Positions 34,809 through 44,190 of a DNA stretch of 64,000 nucleotides are shown piece after piece; position 1 is the stretch's first letter, and every line of letters starts with the position of its first letter. The notes beneath the pieces are model-generated. The model had not been told where the DNA came from. It worked only from the letters and a program-made list of their open reading frames with translations, and ran no database searches. Origin of the DNA: a virus; the IMG/VR virus record IMGVR_UViG_3300045988_179014, positions 64,001 through 128,000 of that record; one strand, written 5' to 3'. The position numbers and the translations under genes are program-made.

Positions 34809-34891
34809 TGGATAGGGAGGGATTCGAACCCCCAGCGTTTCTTATGTCACGGTTTTACAGACCGCTTACTTCACCATTTGTATACCTATCC
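34809..34891 (-). tRNA. tRNA-Tyr (GTA), long variable arm
   Basis: ggatagg ta taca aatggtgaagta, gcggt-ctGTAaa-accgt, variable gacataagaaacgc, T tgggg-ttcgaat-ccctc, cctatcc a. Confidence 0.7.
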
Positions 34892-34926
34892 AGGTAATGT
34901 TTGTTTATATTCAATTGTTTTCTCAG

Positions 34927-35013
34927 CGGAGACGACAGGATTCGAACCTGCGGAGGGTGTAACCCCTCGACAGTTTAGCAAACTGTTGCTTTAGGCCTCT
35001 CAGCCACATCTCC
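34927..35013 (-). tRNA. tRNA-Ser (GCT), long variable arm
   Basis: ggagatg tg gctg agaggcctaaagc, acagt-ttGCTaa-actgt, variable cgaggggttacaccctc, T gcagg-ttcgaat-cctgt, cgtctcc g. Confidence 0.7.
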
Positions 35014-35046
35014 AAGTATAACATATGCATGCTATTGATGCAAAAG

Positions 35047-35117
35047 AGGTGCCTATGGGATTCGAACCCATGTACACGGTTTTGCAGACCGCTGCCTCGC
35101 CACTCAGCCAAGGCACC
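35047..35117 (-). tRNA. tRNA-Cys (GCA), U73
   Basis: ggtgcct, gcggt-ctGCAaa-accgt, T atggg-ttcgaat-cccat, aggcacc t. Confidence 0.7.
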
Positions 35118-35118
35118 G

Positions 35119-35194
35119 CACTCCGGGTGAGAGTCGAACTCACATGTGTCCATTAACCTTTCTACTGGTTCGTAGCCAGAGGGTATACCGGAGT
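35119..35194 (-). other. aberrant tRNA-like gene with Arg anticodon ACG: acceptor, anticodon arm and T-arm present, no D-arm; 20-nt insert between anticodon arm and T-arm
   Basis: actccgg ta taccc tctgg-ctACGaa-ccagt agaaaggttaatggacacat gtgag-ttcgact-ctcac ccggagt g (76 nt). Anticodon arm matches E. coli Arg(ACG) cggctACGaaccg. Same rearranged layout as 32890..32965. Confidence 0.4.
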
Positions 35195-35221
35195 AATACA
35201 ATCCAAATATTAGGATGATTC

Positions 35222-35260
35222 ATAGATTCTACATTTGTTGGTAACAGTAGAATCTATTTT
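35222..35260 (+). terminator. rho-independent terminator-like hairpin (11-bp stem atagattctac/gtagaatctat plus TTTT) oriented for the plus strand
   Basis: Seen directly; there is no plus-strand gene upstream, so it may terminate antisense transcription. Confidence 0.4.
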
Positions 35261-35262
35261 GG

Positions 35263-35336
35263 GGTGACTGACCGGATTCGAACCGGCGAAATCCTGAGTC
35301 ACAGTCAGGCGTGTTAACCTCTCCACCACAGTCACC
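35263..35336 (-). tRNA. tRNA-His (GTG) with G-1:C73
   Basis: g gtgactg tg gtgg agaggttaacacgc, cctga-ctGTGac-tcagg, T gccgg-ttcgaat-ccggt, cagtcac c. Confidence 0.75.
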
Positions 35337-35342
35337 ATTCTG

Positions 35343-35415
<73 letters not shown>

Positions 35416-36185
35416 ATAGGTCTGATACAGGTATGTTATATCAGACATGATTGCATTGAGGACGGACATACCCCACAAATCAATGCAATAAAGTCTTTTG
35501 TATTCCGCATGAGCGGCAGTCAACACCTAAGTTTCCGAACACGTTTCACAACGTTTCCATTACTGTTCAACAGTGTCAACTCCCAGATTTCCCTTTCACC
35601 GGTATGTTCTGGTCAACACAGGGTCTGCTTCCCCAGCATGCCTAGCTGGACCTCCCTACTAACTACTACAGCAGCTAGCTCTATATTGTGTTTTCACCTT
35701 GTGTGCTTCCATTCTAACAGATAATCAACCTCGTCGCAACCTATGCAAGTCCTCAGTTGTTTATTTGTTTATGTTTACACACTGAACCCAACATGGTGTT
35801 AGGTTTTCTGGCGATAATTCTACGATACACAATGCTCTGCCACTTGTCAAGTGTGGATTAGAGCTGATTTATGAAGGTGTTGTGTGCACCTTATTATTGA
35901 TTTTTAGACTGTCGCTGCAACCCCAAATAATGGGGGAGCTTTTTATACAACGCGGAAACTGGTGCGTTAAAACACCTAGGGACGGTAATCAAAATCGTCG
36001 CCATGACAGTCTCCTTCCTGGTTGTATCGTCTATTGTCGAAACGACTACTAATATCGTTTCAACCACTTGTGAGACCATCATACCAAGAAAATTAGCTCA
36101 TTGCAACCCTCAAACCAAAAATTTTCCTAATCTCGGTTTAGAAGGATAATAAAATGATTAATTTATACAAATATGATAGCGGTTC

Positions 36186-36878
36186 TCATTGCTGGTCACG
36201 CTTTTCGTCACGAGCCGTAGCAATTTCATTAACAATGACGGACACCCAAATTGCCTCCATGGATGATACTGAAGGATTCTCCTGTTTTCTCTCCAATGTC
36301 AGCTCTGCCCCAAAAGAGAAGAGTTCTTTGTTAAAAGTCCATACATCATTGTTTGATGCGTCTTTGATACTACCACTGAGTGTCAATGCAAAATCTTGTC
36401 GTAACGTCCCTTTGGTGCGTCCTTGAGCATCTTTGATGCTGAACGTGTAAAGCCATGAGAAAATCTGCTCATCAATATAACCAGACAAATGGTTGTACTC
36501 ATCATAAACTTTTGCTCGATGGTTGATGATACGAAACTCTTCCCCCTCACGCCCCATCAAATTCCCAGATGCGGTGTACATGCTATAAGTGTCGCCAATG
36601 AGATGGATTGCTTCACCACGGATTATAGCTATTGTCTTCCCATCAACCACTACATCCCAATGGTCCCCAAATGAGAAAACCGCCTTTTTGAGGATAATAC
36701 GGTCAGCTTGGGACAAGACATCTAAAGCTGACTGCGAATCAACAGAGTCTCCCGTACTTATCTGTTTCTCAGGCCCACTGTTGAATGCAGATAACCCTAG
36801 GATAGTTGCTACAAATGCAATACTAAACATGAGGTAAATTGGCCGTTTGAAAGTCGTACTTATGATTTTAATATACAA
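36186..36878 (-). CDS. membrane-anchored LURP-one-related (DUF567/tubby C-terminal-like) protein
   Basis: N-terminal TM; KKAVFSFGDHWDVVVDGKTIAIIRGEAIHLIGDTYSMYTASGNLMG fits the LURP1-like K..FSxGDxFxVxDxxG...V.GK pattern. Paralog of 37129..37848. Confidence 0.45.
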   Translation of the reverse strand: MYIKIISTTFKRPIYLMFSIAFVATILGLSAFNSGPEKQISTGDSVDSQSALDVLSQADRIILKKAVFSFGDHWDVVVDGKTIAIIRGEAIHLIGDTYSMYTASGNLMGREGEEFRIINHRAKVYDEYNHLSGYIDEQIFSWLYTFSIKDAQGRTKGTLRQDFALTLSGSIKDASNNDVWTFNKELFSFGAELTLERKQENPSVSSMEAIWVSVIVNEIATARDEKRDQQ

Positions 36879-37128
36879 ATACTTTATTATCCTGTCAAAC
36901 CATAAATGTTAATTCAGCTATTTTCTATTTATGGACGAGCCTATTCCTCTGCGAACTGCTAGATTCAAGATAGTGAGTAATATGCATTTAGGGTGATGTT
37001 ATATTTCATGCATTTCAATCAATGATAGCAATATTGTTAAATAATTACTAGTTCAGATAATGCAAACTGCTGTATACAAAATTAAAACATTGTGTACAGC
37101 AGTTTGAGGGCAATCTAAATCTAATTGT

Positions 37129-37848
37129 CTAGCGTCTTTCTGTAGTAGTCTTATATGGTCTATTTCTTTCTGCCATAAAGATTACTGACCAGATGGCGTT
37201 AATGCTAGATATGGAATCAGAATTTTGTTTCTCTATCTTTATCGTTCCGTTGTCAGAATATAGCTCTTTATCAATTTTCCACAAGTCCTTTCCGTCAGTG
37301 CTTTTAATACTGACAACAAGAGCGGAGCTAAACTCCAATGGCAGATTGCTGAGAATGTTGGAGTCTGCGTCCCTCAACTCATATCCATATGCTTGATAGA
37401 GTGGATACGGTTTGTCGTTGGACTTTTCTGCTATCCCCGCGACCCGATTATCGTATTGGTCATAAATCCAAGTTTCTTCAGGTGCTCTACCATTGGTTGC
37501 AAGATAACGAGGTTCCTGATGGCCAATTGGATTACCAGATGGAGTATATATTATATTTACACGGTTTTCTCCATGTTGGGAGGAAGGATGTATTGTAGCG
37601 ATTACTTCATCATCCACAATAATCTTCCAATGTGATGAATTTGTCCGTTTCAGTAGTATATTGTTAGCAGAGGAAATTCTATCAACCACTGTCTGTGAAT
37701 CAGTATAATCATTACTGATTATTGAAACATGCGAATATGGTATTGATGGCACTATTCTCCAAGACCATACTGATAACGCTATAGTGCCTATTAGCGCGCC
37801 GAGAACAAATATTACTACACTTTTATCCAAAAGACGATAATCTTCCAT
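37129..37848 (-). CDS. membrane-anchored LURP-one-related (DUF567-like) protein, paralog
   Basis: N-terminal TM; shares D(S/Y)TDSQ(S/T)..D..S.A..ILLK(K/R) and HW(D/K)(V/I)(V/I)VD(G/D)..IA.I, and a C-terminal AIW(V/S)(S/V)I motif, with 36186..36878. Confidence 0.45.
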   Translation of the reverse strand: MEDYRLLDKSVVIFVLGALIGTIALSVWSWRIVPSIPYSHVSIISNDYTDSQTVVDRISSANNILLKRTNSSHWKIIVDDEVIATIHPSSQHGENRVNIIYTPSGNPIGHQEPRYLATNGRAPEETWIYDQYDNRVAGIAEKSNDKPYPLYQAYGYELRDADSNILSNLPLEFSSALVVSIKSTDGKDLWKIDKELYSDNGTIKIEKQNSDSISSINAIWSVIFMAERNRPYKTTTERR

Positions 37849-38199
37849 GGTTATAAGTATACATCATCGTAACCGTAAGGTCAATTCGTACCAATCAGAA
37901 CAAACGGTCGATTCAAGTAATGTTCAGGCACCCATTACGTTTTTCCAAGGTTCCATACACGTGAAAGATAATTCAACTAGACTAATTCAGTTTTAAACAA
38001 TTTGAAGTAACTGTATGCAATGTTTTGTTTACACACAGTTACTTCAAACTAGGAAATCTTGGTGGCAAGAGACTTGTGTGGATACGATATTTTAGAAACT
38101 ATGCCCAAATAAATGCTAGCACCAATACAATTGGCAACACTATAATTAGGGCAAATGCTATAGAGGGATTTATCTTAGAATTATATGCGCTCAGAGCGC

Positions 38200-38262
38200 T
38201 CCTTGTCTCAGAATCACATTCGCTCATAGCATTCCTTGTCTCAGAATCATATTCTCTCATGG
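38200..38262. repeat. tandem direct repeat, 2 units of ~31 nt (tccttgtctcagaatcaYattcKctcat)
   Basis: Seen directly; on the minus strand it encodes the duplicated peptide (Y/C)DSETR(N/S)A(M/L)S of a possible 55-aa small TM ORF (38093..38260). Confidence 0.5.
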
Positions 38263-38323
38263 TTATAGGATACATCATCGTAACGGGAAAGTCAAATCAT
38301 ACCAGTTAGAATAAACGTTCGAT

Positions 38324-40464
38324 TTAAGTAATGTTCAATACCCATCGTGTTTTTCCAGAGTCCCATACACGCGGAAGACGATTCAACCGAGCCAATTCAC
38401 TCTCAGACAAGGAATCATTCCACAGCAAGTTTGCATCTTCACGAAACTGTTCTCTTCTGAATCGAAACTTGTGCACCCGGCGACCTTGCGCCACATAAGA
38501 ATAATCAGAGCTGAGTTCTTTATCTGTCACAAAACCCAATGATTTATACATGCTACCATTGCTGACATCATGAGCAGAGAAAGTGACGATTTGGTTGATT
38601 CCTTCAATTACGCACCATTTTCTGACGTATTCAAGCATCTTCCCCAATCCGCCCATCACAATACAAGACGTGGCATATCGGTCCAACACCAAACTCTGAT
38701 TCCTGCGACTCCAAACGGAAACCGCCACTAAACCATCCTGTTCAGTTTTCAACCCCAAATACAATGAGCCAGTGGTAGTTCCCTGAATATGATAAACATT
38801 CAAAAAATCAGATACATCAGTATATTGCAAAACTACAACTTTAGTTTTTCTCGCAGCTATCCTTTTGCTCTCATTCAGTCCCAGTTTGTGTTGTATCATA
38901 GATTTGATGATAGAAGAACGATAACACCAATCATCCTCCCAAACCTGCAACAATTGAATGCCTTTTCTTTACACAATCGCCATTTCATCGAATGATAGTT
39001 TTTGTCTTTACCATTGGTGTCAGAATGCCAATGCAAACCATTGTATTCAATAGCAAAATTCTTTGATGGTATATAAACATCCAGTTCATACGGTGGAATA
39101 ACAGCACGAGTATTGCTAACAACAGAATCCTCATCACCCAACAATTGTTTCACAAACTCTTGAAGTTCTTTCTCAGCTCTGGACGTGAATGAACCAGCCA
39201 CACAATCAGGACATTGACTATTGTAAAAATTACGTGCATTGACTCTTGCACACCACACATGGCCTTTACTGCATTTCCACCAGATTTTGTGATTGGAACC
39301 AGCAGTTACTTCCTCAGGGGTCAAGGAATTGAGTTGGTTGTCCCATTCCTGCGCTAAATGAGGATTAATAGTCGCCAAATCATTGAAACCAGGAACAACA
39401 ACACGATTATTACAAACAGGACACAACTGCATTGATGAGTGAACAGCTTTTTTAATAGATTGTGTCCATTGGTGACCAAGTGAACATTTCCAGTGAACTA
39501 TTTCCCGTGAATTGGGATACACAGCATAGGGATTCAATGGCTGATTAAGTTCCATATCCCAAAAACTCATCAATTCAGGACAACAAACACCCAAGCTCTT
39601 CTCTCTTGGTGCTATCGTGGATTTTTGTACAACACAATATGGGCATTTGGTTCTTTTATTGACACGTTGTTTAACAGTAGCCACCCATAAATGCCCCTCA
39701 GAACATTTCCAATGAACACGAATTTGCTGTGACGGTTTAATCATGGATGGATTGATGTCAGTATTGAGAGCATAATCCCATTCATTCAACAGCTCTGGAT
39801 ACAAAGTCGCAAAATCATTCACACCCACCACTAATTTATGATTACTGCATACCGGACATTTAGTATTTCGTTTAGTACGTTGCGAAACCGGTGCCATCCA
39901 TGTGTGTCCATTCTTGCACCACCAGTAAACCTTGACGCTGGAATTAGCAGTCACATCATTAGGCGATAAGGAATGATTCTGTTCATAATCCCACTCAGAT
40001 GCAATCACTGGATGAGTAATGTTCAAAGTATTGACATTTTGTTCTGGAAGCTTACCTTGACATATTGGGCATGAGCCGCTTTTAATCCGGTGTTTCACTC
40101 CCATGACATATTCATGACCTGATGAACAAATCCAATGGAAACGTTTTGAGTTGGTTCTAGCAACTTGTCCAAAAGGGATTCCATTCATGTTCTCATCCCA
40201 TTCTGACAACAAATGAGGGTATCGAACATCCAATCTTTCTGATGGTGGTCCCAATCTTGCGCACAATGGACAACTACTGCCATTGACTCGGTTACGGACA
40301 GAAGCCATCCACTTGTGTTGACAATGATGACAAACCCAACCCACTTTTTCAATCGTCCCAGCTGAATAATCGGATGGAGTGTGCTTGTTGATAGTCGTGT
40401 CCCATTCCATCAACAACTGAGGAGCCACATCCGTGAGTGAACGTTTGGGTTGAGGTTTACGCAT
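38324..40464 (-). pseudogene. frameshifted member of the zinc-ribbon-repeat/endonuclease-like family (track ORFs 38896..40464 and 38324..38953 belong to one gene)
   Basis: Upstream ORF ends ...KWRLCKEKAFNCCRFG and downstream ORF begins MLQVWEDDWCYRSS. The intact paralog reads ...KWKQCHDKQVQLLQIWEDDWCYRSS. Frame change near an A-run (gtaaagaaaaggcattcaattg; plus 38951-38972). Confidence 0.55.
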
Positions 40465-40466
40465 AT

Positions 40467-43424
40467 CTAACTCAAACGATTGGGTGGAGTGGTTTTGGCC
40501 GCAGCTGCACGAAAAATGTTCTCCAAAACATTAGCATCCTCCACTGTGGAACCAGTCATGGAACGCATATTGGCTGTCTTGTTGGTGTATGCATCAATAA
40601 TGTTTTCATCCACAGTACCTTCCAAATAGGGAAAATAGGCATTGGCATTTTGACCGTCTCGATGTGCCCGACCCAATGCTTGCTCAGTATCCAAATTGTT
40701 CTGTCGGATATCATGAATTATGCTGACACGTGGGTTACTGCTTGCTTTGTTTCCATCTGGTAATGTTTCTCCAGCATGTAAAGAAATACCAGCAACCACT
40801 GTACACAAAACAACATCTGCTTGCCCCGTCTGAAACTTGATACGTTCTGTTTCTCTCATGGAAACATTACGTCCACTGATTTCCGTTACTCGGAGTTTAC
40901 GCGCTTCCAAAAGTTCTTTATATCGGTCTATTGTTTCCATGAATTCACATGAAATGTATACTTGGTTCCCTGAATCCACAAGGTCTGCAATCATGTCAGC
41001 CATGGAATCAACTTTTAACAATGAGGATTTTTGTCTATATCGTAAGGTTTCTACCAGTGCGCCTTTGGGGTCTCGTTTTGCTGGGGTGAGTCTCAACCAG
41101 TTACGGAAACGTGTCCAAGCTTCCTCGTAAATGGGCCGTTGTTGATTGGTTAGTGCGATTGGGAAAGGAATGGTCAACTGTTCTGGCCATCCTGCTATGT
41201 CTTTGGGTGAACGCATAATGAAAGGAGCATCTGGTTTCAGTAATCCGCGACCTATACGTTGAGCGTCTTTTCGTTGGATTTCTTTTGCGTGTTTGATAGC
41301 TATTTCATATTTTCTGCGTTCCACGGGGTCTTTGGAATTCTTGCTGAAACTGGGAACAGAAGCCCACGAATATCCTGTTTTACCTTTGGTCACAGCGAAA
41401 TTATGTTTTTCCAAGAACGGTCCCCAAGTTGCTGGTGTTACCGTTTTTGATGCTGGCATATTTGTCAACAATGGAGCAATGATTCCAGCCATACTAGCAA
41501 AATTCAGTGGGGATGCTCCAGGTGTGGCAGTTGAATAGACCACAAAAGGAGAAACGTCTTTCTGGTAGGGTTTTTCCAATTGAGCAATGTTCACCGCAGC
41601 AACAGACATGGTGGAGCTGGGATAGTTTTTCAAATAATGAGCTTCATCAAAAATAATGAAGTCCCATTGTATTATGGGGGTTCCTTTCTGTGATGTTTGT
41701 CTGTTCTTGGTTCGTTGTTTCTTAGCGGTTTTGGCTGTTTCAGGAGTTTCCAGCAGTTTGTTCAATTGTTGATAGTTGATGACCATTGGACGCATGAGTG
41801 CTGTGGAGACAGGGTAATTGTGAAGTGTTTGTCTCCATTGTGGAATAACACTTTTAGGGCACACTATCAACAGTTTGGCTTTGTGTTTGACCCCGAATCC
41901 GCGCTGTTTTGCCAATGCAGTAATCCCTGAAAGTGTTGACAGTGTATTGTGAGTGGGAATATGCTCTCGCCCGGCCAGATACAAATGATTAGGACTGTCA
42001 ACACTAATGCAATAATAGGGCTCAGTTTTCTCAATTTCCTGCACTGAAACAATGTATCTGAACTGGTATTGTGCATTGGCAGCGAAATTGTTCAAATATT
42101 CATTCAGCAATGAGGCTTTGTCTTCAATACGGAAAACTTGATGAGTGGGACAATAGTGCAAAGATTTTTTTGTGGTGTTTTGATTCCGTGTGATGTTTGG
42201 TTTTGTACAATCCATGACTTGCCAGCCAAAACTACTAATCAGTGTTTTCACGTCAGCTTGCAGAGGGTCTGGTAAATCAAATTGGACTCCATAAGAATCC
42301 ACAGAACCAGCCACATCCATGATTCCTTGTAACAGTTCCAGTCGTTGTTCCCAATGTGATGTGAGATAACTTACAGGAATTGTTTTAGATGGTGCAGAAT
42401 CATACAGTTCATTCAATTCTTGATTCAGTTTTTCAAAACCATAATCATTCAATATGTTCATGCTTGCCACAGAATCCATTGAACCCAACCATGCACCCAA
42501 TATGTATGGATTGATTGGTAGTTCCTGGTGTGTACCTTCCACCATGGATGCGTTGTAAATACAGTGATTGGGTGTTCCAGTTGTAGCGTAGAGAGAATCC
42601 ACAATTTCTCTAGTGGTTTTGACAGAATCTTGATGCTGCTTGTCATGTGGTGCAGTTGCTCGGTCCAATGCTTCTAGAACTTCTTGTGGATGGTATAGAT
42701 GATGTTGGTTTTGCAGATTCAGAGGATTCACTGTTTCCAGCAGTTTTTGAATAAACACTAGGTTTTCACATTCGCTGGAAAGGGAATTGTAGTCTATTGC
42801 ATTGTGTTGATGTTGTGCATCCAACAAGTAGTTTTGTAATGCTTCGTGGTCTGAATGATTCAGTGGTGGGAATCGGTTGTTTATTTTAGGGTGATTTCGT
42901 TCAGCCAAATTACTGGTTAGCCAACGATGGTCTTCGTCAGCATCCAATGTGCTTCCATCCGAGAAAGTTATACAGTAGAATTTGTCGGCTTTTGATTCAT
43001 ATTTGGCTGTTACCATAGTGGGTAGACCATCAGAACTCAGCACGTATTGCCCCACTGCGATGTCTTTCATGGGAACTAAACCTTGTGGAGTTGGTAGTAG
43101 AGTGCTGGATGCAAGACCTTTACCCAAACCGGTTTTGTCCGCTTCCAGGAATCCTCTCCACCCTTGCTGGTAGGCTTTGATGATTTTCTTGGCCGCTTCC
43201 AGTTGATGTTCTCGTGGGGTGAAACTGACTGAACTTTTCTCAGGGGGCATTACCATTTTGTTCAGTTCATCTTCCTGCCAGCGAGCATAGGAAAAATCCT
43301 CACTACGGTATGGTCTCAACTCGGGGGGAAGAATAGTTCCACGGTATACATGAATTTTGTGGTTTTTCCAGTATTGTACATCTGGGTGTTTGAATCCCCA
43401 TGGAAGTTCCAATGTATGAATCAT
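40467..43424 (-). CDS. SNF2/RAD54-family DNA helicase/ATPase interrupted by an intein
   Basis: Motif I-like GLGKGL; DEAHYLKN (motif II); C-terminal helicase motifs (TGQADVVLCTVVAGISLHAGETL...GRAHRDGQ). Probable ATG at 43424 (MIHTLELPW); the track TTG at 43439. Confidence 0.75.
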   Translation of the reverse strand: MIHTLELPWGFKHPDVQYWKNHKIHVYRGTILPPELRPYRSEDFSYARWQEDELNKMVMPPEKSSVSFTPREHQLEAAKKIIKAYQQGWRGFLEADKTGLGKGLASSTLLPTPQGLVPMKDIAVGQYVLSSDGLPTMVTAKYESKADKFYCITFSDGSTLDADEDHRWLTSNLAERNHPKINNRFPPLNHSDHEALQNYLLDAQHQHNAIDYNSLSSECENLVFIQKLLETVNPLNLQNQHHLYHPQEVLEALDRATAPHDKQHQDSVKTTREIVDSLYATTGTPNHCIYNASMVEGTHQELPINPYILGAWLGSMDSVASMNILNDYGFEKLNQELNELYDSAPSKTIPVSYLTSHWEQRLELLQGIMDVAGSVDSYGVQFDLPDPLQADVKTLISSFGWQVMDCTKPNITRNQNTTKKSLHYCPTHQVFRIEDKASLLNEYLNNFAANAQYQFRYIVSVQEIEKTEPYYCISVDSPNHLYLAGREHIPTHNTLSTLSGITALAKQRGFGVKHKAKLLIVCPKSVIPQWRQTLHNYPVSTALMRPMVINYQQLNKLLETPETAKTAKKQRTKNRQTSQKGTPIIQWDFIIFDEAHYLKNYPSSTMSVAAVNIAQLEKPYQKDVSPFVVYSTATPGASPLNFASMAGIIAPLLTNMPASKTVTPATWGPFLEKHNFAVTKGKTGYSWASVPSFSKNSKDPVERRKYEIAIKHAKEIQRKDAQRIGRGLLKPDAPFIMRSPKDIAGWPEQLTIPFPIALTNQQRPIYEEAWTRFRNWLRLTPAKRDPKGALVETLRYRQKSSLLKVDSMADMIADLVDSGNQVYISCEFMETIDRYKELLEARKLRVTEISGRNVSMRETERIKFQTGQADVVLCTVVAGISLHAGETLPDGNKASSNPRVSIIHDIRQNNLDTEQALGRAHRDGQNANAYFPYLEGTVDENIIDAYTNKTANMRSMTGSTVEDANVLENIFRAAAAKTTPPNRLS
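41946..43109 (-). mobile_element. intein (~387 aa) with double-motif LAGLIDADG homing endonuclease, inserted at motif I of the SNF2 helicase
   Basis: Starts with Ser after GLGKGLA; block B-like DGSTLDADEDHRWLT; LAGLIDADG-like ILGAWLGSMDSVAS and LQGIMDVAGSVD; ends ...EHIPTHN followed by Thr (+1). Confidence 0.6.
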
Positions 43425-43431
43425 GTACCAC

Positions 43432-43587
43432 TCACGCAATCACAGGAGTAACATTTATTGGACTAGGCGCAGGTAATGGTTCAGGCGTTATCATATTCGG
43501 TTTCGACGTATTCATCCACGTGTAAATACCAAACAAGACCAGAACAATCAGAACAGCAATCAAAACCAATAGTCCCCGTTTGTTCAT
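43432..43587 (-). CDS. small membrane protein (51 aa, one TM)
   Basis: GGAGGCATC upstream of the ATG; MNKRGLLVLIAVLIVLVLFGIY...; its ATG overlaps the stop of the upstream gene (ATGA). Confidence 0.4.
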   Translation of the reverse strand: MNKRGLLVLIAVLIVLVLFGIYTWMNTSKPNMITPEPLPAPSPINVTPVIA

Positions 43588-43922
43588 GATGCCTCCAGTA
43601 CAGTAATTGTCTCGTTTGGAAAAAACCAGCGTGTATGATTTAGTTTCTCATCTGACAGTGAATACAGCAAATTGTCAATGATGCAAATAGCTTCTTGCTG
43701 CTTGTTCAGATTCACGATGTTATTACGATGCAGATGTAGAGAAAATTGGTTGAGTGTCCGATTAAGTTGCTTCAGTTTACCAGCTTTAATCGCTTCACGT
43801 ATTCTGTCCAATAGAGCTTGACGCATTTCTCCACCTGACAACCCCATTTCTACTGCTTCGCCAAGGTTGTGAGACTGAGGGGGAGCGCTAAGAAGGTCGA
43901 ATTCCATGACTTCTCTCCTCAA
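43584..43922 (-). CDS. hypothetical protein
   Basis: 112-aa ORF. Confidence 0.45.
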   Translation of the reverse strand: MRREVMEFDLLSAPPQSHNLGEAVEMGLSGGEMRQALLDRIREAIKAGKLKQLNRTLNQFSLHLHRNNIVNLNKQQEAICIIDNLLYSLSDEKLNHTRWFFPNETITVLEAS

Positions 43923-44190
43923 AAACGGTCCATACTACCTTAAAAATATCTGCACCCATTTTACCGAAAGAGGAAAATCTCAATTTTACCCACCAAAATA
44001 ATGCTCAATCCACCAAAAATCAGAAACGAACCAATATGTATTATTTATAGTGTTAATAACATGAGATTGAAGAACCATAATAGGAACTAAATTGATAAAA
44101 ACTATTGAATCATGTAGTCAGTAGTTCTAGCATTCAATACTTATCTCGTATTGTTGGTATTTTGGTTGTGTAAATTAGTCGGGTTTCATA

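Noticed and set aside
38200-38262. CRISPR array
   Set aside because: Only two ~31-nt direct repeat units with no spacers; no other repeat-spacer structure anywhere in the window and no cas genes.
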